A stretch of 64,000 nucleotides of DNA from Patescibacteria group bacterium (GTDB lineage: Bacteria > Patescibacteriota > Gracilibacteria > UBA1369 > PNNO01). The stretch is taken from contig JBHPIO010000006.1 in assembly GCA_042568575.1 (NCBI GenBank), positions 1 through 64,000 on the forward strand, in the 5' to 3' direction. Under the pieces are notes generated by a model, which saw only the letters and a list, made by a program, of their open reading frames with translations, did no database searches and was not told the DNA's origin. The position numbers and the translations under genes were made by a program. Shown piece after piece: positions 57,900 through 64,000 of the stretch (position 1 is its first letter; the number at the start of each line of letters is the position of its first letter).

Positions 57900-58332
57900 A
57901 TGGGCGAAGTCGATCCAAGATATCATTCTGCCGAACATATTCTTACAGCAGTGTTCGGAAACTTATTTAATGCAAAAATAATCGACTCAAGATTCAAAGG
58001 AACAAAAGTAAGATGTGACTTCGAGATCGAAAGCGAAACACCAATAGAAGAAATCGCACAAAAAAGCAGAAGAAAAGGCAAATGAAATAATCTCCGAAAA
58101 TAGAAAAACAACATTTGAAGAAGTTAGTTTAGAAGAAGCAAAAGAAATATGCTCCTTGCACAGATTGCCGGAAGAAGCAGAGAAAATAAGAATTGTTCGC
58201 ATTGGTGAGGACGTAATAACACCTTGCCGTGGTGAGCACGTTAAAAACACGTCTGAAATAGGAGTAATAAAGATTCGAACCTACAACTATATAAATCCAA
58301 GAACGTTGCGTTTAACTTTTGGGATTGAGTAA
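57900..58332 (+). pseudogene. AlaX-like free-standing tRNA editing protein, split by a +1 frameshift at ~58060-58065
   Basis: Frame A has HSAEH (HxxxH); frame B continues AEEKANEII...IRIVRIGEDVITPCRGEHVKNTSEIG (CxxxH) to TAA at 58330-58332; removing one A from CAAAAAAG gives 143 aa. Confidence 0.8.
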
Positions 58333-58351
58333 TCTTTGAACACCTGATAGC

Positions 58352-61243
58352 CTACCTCTCCATCGTTTTCTTAAGCCACTGCCCAGTAAACGATTTTTTC
58401 ACCTTCGCAACCTCTTCCGGCGTTCCTACAGCTACGATTTCGCCGCCTTCGTCGCCTCCGTGAGGTCCAAGGTCTATTATGTGGTCTACGGACTTAATAA
58501 CGTCTAAATTGTGTTCGATTGTAAGCACTGTATTGCCTTTTTCGACTAATTGCACCAAAACGTCGAGTAATTTCCTTACATCGTCGAAGTGAAGACCTGT
58601 TGTTGGCTCATCCAGAACGTAGAAAGTTTTTCCAGTTGATCTTTTTGAAAGTTCGGATGCTAATTTGATACGTTGCGCCTCACCACCAGAAAGCGTTGTC
58701 GCCGGTTGGCCGAGATGGATATACCCGAGTCCAACCTTCTGCAAAGTTGCGAGTTTGGTTTTGACAGATGGAATGGCATTGAAAAATTCAAGTGCCTCAT
58801 TCACGGTCATAGTGAGAACATCCGAGATATTTTTTGAACGATAATTTATTTCGAGCGCCTCTTCATTGTACCTTCGACCTTTACACACATCACATTGAAC
58901 ATAGATGTCCGGAAGGAAGTGCATTTCGATTTTTTTGAGCCCATCTCCAGAACATGCCTCACAGCGCCCACCTTTCACATTAAAACTAAAGCGTCCTGCT
59001 TTATATCCTCGCATGCGCGCCTCGGGGGTGTTGGCAAAAAGGTCTCTAATATCAGTAAAAACGCCGGTGTATGTTGCCGGGTTTGAACGCGGTGTTCGAC
59101 CAATTGGAGACTGATCTATGTTAATAATTTTATCAATTTGCTTTATATTTTCGATAGAATCGTGCTCTCCAGGCAGTGCTTTTGCACCATTTATTTCCCT
59201 CGCGAGCTCCTTCACAAGTATGTCATTTATGAGTGTTGATTTCCCTGAACCAGACACTCCGGTAACTCCAATAAATTTTCCAAGTGGGATTTCAACTTCT
59301 AAACTTTTCAAATTATGTTGACGCGCACCTTTTATAATAATTTTTTCTCCATTCCCTTTTCTACGTTTCTCCGGAATAGGAATTTTTTTCTTCTTTGCAA
59401 GATACTGTCCTGTAATCGAATTAGGATTTTTCATAATTTCAGCCGGAGTCCCTGCTGCCACAACTTCACCACCATGTTTTCCTGCTCCCGGCCCAATATC
59501 CAAAATATAATCTGCCGCGAGCATCGTATCTATGTCATGTTCAACAACAATTACGGTATTTCCGAGTTCGCGAAGCGATTCCATCGTAGTTATGAGCTTA
59601 TCGTTGTCGTTTTGATGTAATCCTATGGAAGGCTCGTCTAAAACGTACAGAACGCCCGATAATTTGGACCCGATTTGTGTAGCAAGACGAATTCTCTGTG
59701 CTTCCCCACCAGAAAGCGTATTTGCAGATCTATCTAATGTTAAATAATTCAATCCCACATTAGATAAGAACGATAATCTGTTTAAAATCTCCTTTAAAAT
59801 CGGCTTTGATATCTGTTCTTCCACTTTTGTGAACTCGATATTCTGAAAATGATCAGATGCTTCTTTTACTGACATCTTTGTTGCATCAATAATAGATGCA
59901 TCCCCGATTGTTACTGCCAGAGCTTCCGGCCGTAATCTGTGCCCCTTACATGTTGGACACTTCAAAATCCGCATAAACTGCTCAATTTTCTTTCTTATAT
60001 AGTCAGAATCTGTTTCACGATAACGTCGTTCCAAGTTCGGGATAACTCCTTCAAAAGTCGTATTATAGTCTCCACTAAAGGCAGAACCTTCGTTTCGCTT
60101 AATGTTCACTTTGTATTTTTTGTCGCCAGTTCCATAAAGAACGAGTTCTAATTGCTCTTCTGTAAGCTTTTTAACTTTATCATCCATAGAAAACCCATTG
60201 TTCGCCGCAACTGCTTCCAAAATCCTGTTATACCAAGTTAGATGTGATGTCGTAGCCGACCATGGCACAATTGCACCTTCTGCAAGCGTTAATTTCTTAT
60301 TAGGAATGATAAGCGTAGAGTCGATTTCAAGTTTTGTTCCAAGACCGTGGCACGTTGGACACGCCCCATGAGGACTATTGAACGAAAAAGTTCTTGGAGA
60401 AATCTCTGGAATATTGATATTACAACTTGGACACGCAAAAAGTTCACTATAAGTGTCAATTTTGTTCGAGTCATTATCCATAATCATCATAATTCCGTTT
60501 CCATTTTTCAAACAAACTTCTATAGAATCGGCCAAACGACTTCTGTCCGGATTTGGCATTTCAACTTCCTCACCGGAAGAAAGCTTCTTAATAATCCTTT
60601 TGAAATTCTTTACAACAAGACGATCAACAACAATTTCGATGTTATGCTTCTTGTTTTCGTCGAGATCCGGGATATTTAGTACGTTCACTACTTCACCGTC
60701 CACTCTTACACGAACAAACCCGTCTTTCTTAATTTTTTCGAATACTTTTTGATGAACACCCTTCTTGTCACGGATAACAGGTGAAAGCAGCAATATCTTC
60801 TTGCCTTCGGGCATTTCCGCAACTGTCTCGACAATTTGAGATAGCGATTGTCTACTGATTGGTTTTCCGCATTCAGGACAGTGTGGCTTCCCTACTTTCG
60901 CGAATAAAAGCCTTAAATAGTCATATATTTCGGTTACTGTTCCTACAGTTGAACGGGGATTTCGAGGTGCAGATTTCTGATCAATCGAAATTGCAGGCGA
61001 AAGACCATCGATGGACTCGACTTCCGGTTTCTCCATTAATTGAAGGAATTGTCGCGCGTATGTAGACAAACTTTCCACATACCTGCGCTGACCTTCTGCG
61101 TAGATGGTATCAAAAGCCAGTGATGATTTTCCTGATCCACTTAAACCGGTAATAACTACCAGCTTATTGCGGGGGATTTCAACATCAATGTTCTTTAAAT
61201 TGTGAATTTTTGCGCCCTTTACAACAATTTTATCGGATCCCAT
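58352..61243 (-). CDS. uvrA: excinuclease ABC subunit A
   Basis: [23 protein letters not shown], Zn fingers, two LSGGEAQR signatures. Confidence 0.98.
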   Translation of the reverse strand: MGSDKIVVKGAKIHNLKNIDVEIPRNKLVVITGLSGSGKSSLAFDTIYAEGQRRYVESLSTYARQFLQLMEKPEVESIDGLSPAISIDQKSAPRNPRSTVGTVTEIYDYLRLLFAKVGKPHCPECGKPISRQSLSQIVETVAEMPEGKKILLLSPVIRDKKGVHQKVFEKIKKDGFVRVRVDGEVVNVLNIPDLDENKKHNIEIVVDRLVVKNFKRIIKKLSSGEEVEMPNPDRSRLADSIEVCLKNGNGIMMIMDNDSNKIDTYSELFACPSCNINIPEISPRTFSFNSPHGACPTCHGLGTKLEIDSTLIIPNKKLTLAEGAIVPWSATTSHLTWYNRILEAVAANNGFSMDDKVKKLTEEQLELVLYGTGDKKYKVNIKRNEGSAFSGDYNTTFEGVIPNLERRYRETDSDYIRKKIEQFMRILKCPTCKGHRLRPEALAVTIGDASIIDATKMSVKEASDHFQNIEFTKVEEQISKPILKEILNRLSFLSNVGLNYLTLDRSANTLSGGEAQRIRLATQIGSKLSGVLYVLDEPSIGLHQNDNDKLITTMESLRELGNTVIVVEHDIDTMLAADYILDIGPGAGKHGGEVVAAGTPAEIMKNPNSITGQYLAKKKKIPIPEKRRKGNGEKIIIKGARQHNLKSLEVEIPLGKFIGVTGVSGSGKSTLINDILVKELAREINGAKALPGEHDSIENIKQIDKIINIDQSPIGRTPRSNPATYTGVFTDIRDLFANTPEARMRGYKAGRFSFNVKGGRCEACSGDGLKKIEMHFLPDIYVQCDVCKGRRYNEEALEINYRSKNISDVLTMTVNEALEFFNAIPSVKTKLATLQKVGLGYIHLGQPATTLSGGEAQRIKLASELSKRSTGKTFYVLDEPTTGLHFDDVRKLLDVLVQLVEKGNTVLTIEHNLDVIKSVDHIIDLGPHGGDEGGEIVAVGTPEEVAKVKKSFTGQWLKKTMER

Positions 61244-61328
61244 TCGAAAAGCCCTTTATATAAATTAAACTACACCATGAAAAAGTGCAGCTATCAAAAT
61301 ATCATAATTTTAGCCAGTTGGCAACTAT

Positions 61329-62177
61329 TTAGTCACTGGTCCTTATAGAAGCTAATTTACCATACTTCTTAAGATTTTCCTTCTTCTTTAAGAGATAAAC
61401 GAGCGTCGCGTATCCGCCGGCTAGGAAAGGAATTATCATGAATGCCCATTCCATTTCGAGGAAGATGTTGAAAAATGCATGGAGGAGCGACGCGATAACG
61501 AATCCTTCAACTATTTTTTCGTGGTGGAACAGCACCGGACGCCTTATATGGAATATTTTATGGAAAAGCTTCATTATTGGATGTCTTTTGTTGCGTAGCT
61601 CTTCTTTCAATATTGGCTCTGCAAAGTGAGCAACACCGTAAAAGTATCCAAAAATTCCTGAGAACATTACATGCGCAAACGTCGAGAAAAGTGATCTAAA
61701 TATAAAGGGGAAAAACAATTGATCCATTCCACGTACTGCAGCAATATTATTAAAATAGATAATATTTTCAATAAATGCGAATCCGAGCGCAGCCACAATG
61801 CAAAGCTCTATAGCGTCATCTATGCTGCGAATTGCCTTGTTATCAACTACTCTTACTGAAATAATTTTTGAAACTTCCTCTATTACTCCTACAAACATAA
61901 ATGTCACTAAAATCGGCAGCGGAATAAGCATAAAAGAAGAAAGCCCCAATATGTCGGCATTCAGATTTCGTGTCCAAATAAAAGCATTTATCCATGGAAA
62001 AAACTGCCATAAATACTTATATGCAAGCAATGGCGCAACAGAAACCATCCCGGCAATAAACGTTATTATTACCAGCTTTTTAGCTTCGGGATGCTTTTTA
62101 AGGAATATATACCCCCACATAATTACTGGGAGAAAAGCTAATAAAACGCATATTCCTATTGCTGCTGATTGTTCCAT
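61329..62177 (-). CDS. prsW: PrsW-family intramembrane metalloprotease
   Basis: VIEEVSK, GFAFIEN, FAHVMFSG, LLHAFFN. Confidence 0.9.
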   Translation of the reverse strand: MEQSAAIGICVLLAFLPVIMWGYIFLKKHPEAKKLVIITFIAGMVSVAPLLAYKYLWQFFPWINAFIWTRNLNADILGLSSFMLIPLPILVTFMFVGVIEEVSKIISVRVVDNKAIRSIDDAIELCIVAALGFAFIENIIYFNNIAAVRGMDQLFFPFIFRSLFSTFAHVMFSGIFGYFYGVAHFAEPILKEELRNKRHPIMKLFHKIFHIRRPVLFHHEKIVEGFVIASLLHAFFNIFLEMEWAFMIIPFLAGGYATLVYLLKKKENLKKYGKLASIRTSD

Positions 62178-62241
62178 GATTCAATTATTACATCATATGA
62201 TTATACCATATTTTGTAGCAATTGACTAACATGAAATGTGC

Positions 62242-63312
62242 TTATTTTAGCTTTCCGCTCTCAATTTCGAATACAGACGACCCATCGACGGAAAAATCAT
62301 GATGGGTTGTAGTAATAAACGACTGAAATTCTTGAATTGCATCCATTAAAAACTGCTGACGCTTCTTATCAAGCTCAGAAAACACATCATCCAAAAGCAA
62401 GATCGGCTTCCTGCCAGCCTGTTTTTCTATATAAGCGATTTCCGTAAATTTAAGCGCAATCAAAAGTGTTCTCATTTCGCCTCTAGATCCAAATTCACTA
62501 ATATTATGTCCATTAAAGTTAAAAACAAGATCATCCCGATGAATGCCCTTTGTAGTTTGCGCATATCTTAAATCGTTTTTCCTTTGCGCCTTTATGACCT
62601 CAAGATAATCCCCCTCAATAGTTGCATTATAACTTACACCAAGCTTGTCCTTTGTCTGCGAAACATTATTGTAATTTCCCTCAGCCACCTCATTGAAAAA
62701 ATCGACAAGTTTAAGCCGTTTTTTCAATATGTAGGTTCCATATTCCGCAAGTTGTTGATCCCAAACATCCAATTCCTCAGCAGAAGATTTCCCAAGATCA
62801 ATCAAAAACAGAGCCTTATTTCTTTGTTTAACAATGCGGTTATATTGAATAAGCGCATCGAAATAAAGCGGGTCTGTCTGCGACAAAATCGTATCCAAAT
62901 ACTTCCTTCTAAGCGAAGGTGAAAGATAAAGCATATTCAGATCCTCTGGATGAAAAAGAACAATATTCAGCTGTCCAATAAAGTTTTTTATCGAAACATC
63001 TGCGTTATCTTTGCGAAGATTCTTCTTTTGCACTGGAGCAATACTCGCAAAAAACTCGAGTGAAATTTCGTTATTTGCATGAGTTGCAGTCCCAACAATT
63101 CTCGTATAATCCTTTTCCCACTGGATTAAAGACGTATGCTGTTTTGTCCTAAATGACTTCGCAAGCGAAAGAAGCGTAATCGCCTCAAGAAAATTTGTCT
63201 TCCCTTGTGCATTATCACCTATGAAAAGATTTATATTTTTTGCATCGTCAAAGCTGAGATCGAGATTCTCATAATTGCGATAATTTTCGAGTTTGATGCT
63301 TTTTAGTCGCAT
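62242..63312 (-). CDS. recF: DNA replication/repair protein RecF
   Basis: GDNAQGKTN, GIHRDD, GSRGEMR, LLLDDVFSELD. Confidence 0.95.
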   Translation of the reverse strand: MRLKSIKLENYRNYENLDLSFDDAKNINLFIGDNAQGKTNFLEAITLLSLAKSFRTKQHTSLIQWEKDYTRIVGTATHANNEISLEFFASIAPVQKKNLRKDNADVSIKNFIGQLNIVLFHPEDLNMLYLSPSLRRKYLDTILSQTDPLYFDALIQYNRIVKQRNKALFLIDLGKSSAEELDVWDQQLAEYGTYILKKRLKLVDFFNEVAEGNYNNVSQTKDKLGVSYNATIEGDYLEVIKAQRKNDLRYAQTTKGIHRDDLVFNFNGHNISEFGSRGEMRTLLIALKFTEIAYIEKQAGRKPILLLDDVFSELDKKRQQFLMDAIQEFQSFITTTHHDFSVDGSSVFEIESGKLK

Positions 63313-63428
63313 ATTTAGATTAATTTCATCAGACGCAGAGAAATCATACAGGCACCATGATGTTTTGACAATATGCTCAATAACGGCTATCTTCTAAAAA
63401 GAAATATAGTATTTAAGCACCTAATTAT

Positions 63429-64000
63429 ATGGCTAAAAAAACTTCAGCATCTCCAGATATAGAAAAGATGAGACACTCATGCGCACATGTGCTTGCGCAA
63501 GCGGTTTTGCAAATGTTCCCAGAAGCAAAACTTGGATTTGGACCTGCAATTGAAAACGGATTTTATTATGATTTTGAACTTCCAAGAACGCTTATTCCAG
63601 AAGATTTACCGCTTATTGAAAAGAAAATGAAGCATATCGTAAAGCAGAATCAAAAGTTTGAAAAACACGAGAAACCTATTAAGGAATCTATTACTTTTTT
63701 AGATAAGATAAATCAGGATTATAAAGTGGAAGCTGCCAATGATTTGAAAAAAGAAGGTCATGACACTATTCAGTTCTTCGAAAATGTCGATCAAAAGGGC
63801 ACAGGGACTTTTGTTGATATGTGTGAAGGGCCGCATTTAGAAACTACGGGAAAACTTAAGGCATACAAACTAACTCATACTGCTGGTGCTTACTGGAAGG
63901 GAGACGAAAAACGCCCAATGCTTCAGCGTATTTACGGTGTTTGTTTTGCTTCTCAGAAAGAACTCGATGAGCATTTAAAAAAGCTTGAAGAAGCTAAGAA
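63429..64000 (+). CDS. thrS: threonine--tRNA ligase, N-terminal part (runs off the window)
   Basis: Hand translation MAKKTSASPDIEKMRHSCAHVLAQAV...GPAIENGFYYDF...FVDMCEGPH...AGAYWKGDEKRPMLQRIYG. Confidence 0.95.
   Translation, partial: MAKKTSASPDIEKMRHSCAHVLAQAVLQMFPEAKLGFGPAIENGFYYDFELPRTLIPEDLPLIEKKMKHIVKQNQKFEKHEKPIKESITFLDKINQDYKVEAANDLKKEGHDTIQFFENVDQKGTGTFVDMCEGPHLETTGKLKAYKLTHTAGAYWKGDEKRPMLQRIYGVCFASQKELDEHLKKLEEAK

Noticed and set aside
58059-58066. Programmed -1 frameshift at A_AAA_AAG
   Set aside because: Zero-frame codons are CAA AAA AGC and the needed shift is +1, so the phase does not fit the canonical -1 signal
5313-62922. Many 60-250 aa ORFs antisense to or nested in long genes (e.g. 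12813-13325, 31029-31523, 54590-55348)
   Set aside because: Shadow frames of real genes with biased composition and no motifs

Overview
64 kb of low-GC bacterial chromosome in genetic code 11 (TGA is used as a stop; the tRNA-Gly anticodon is TCC). Gene content (SLH proteins, a large Cys-rich protein, MEMO-like/CapA fusion, TrmB regulator, type IV pilus genes, a giant surface protein) points to Patescibacteria/CPR, most plausibly Peregrinibacteria-like; this taxonomy is inference. Most genes are housekeeping: beta-CASP RNase, rlmH, rlmD, cca, tsaD, hisS, dsbA-like, lgt, yebC, nrnA-like, recJ, miaA, rplJ-rplL with an L10 leader, uvrA, prsW, recF and the start of thrS. The main item is a ~25 kb surface-apparatus locus (32084-56812). 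It has a compact pilN/O-pilB-pilC-pilin operon, then a 5196-aa secreted mosaic protein, then four tightly packed secreted helical proteins that all end in a C-terminal Cys motif. The giant protein has a gingipain-like N-terminus, a duplicated beta-domain/Ca-repeat/SLH module, Ig-like, FG-GAP, DUF11, FecR-like and PKD-like parts, an internal signal-peptide-like motif and a basic Cys/Pro-rich core. Other observations: degenerate tRNA-Gly 3'-end copies flanking small gene cassettes (767-3259), a helical-repeat protein with a caspase-like His/Cys dyad, two genes split by +1 frameshifts (including an AlaX-like editing enzyme), and two small ORFs missed by the ORF track. All domain calls come from motif recognition by eye; no database search was run.
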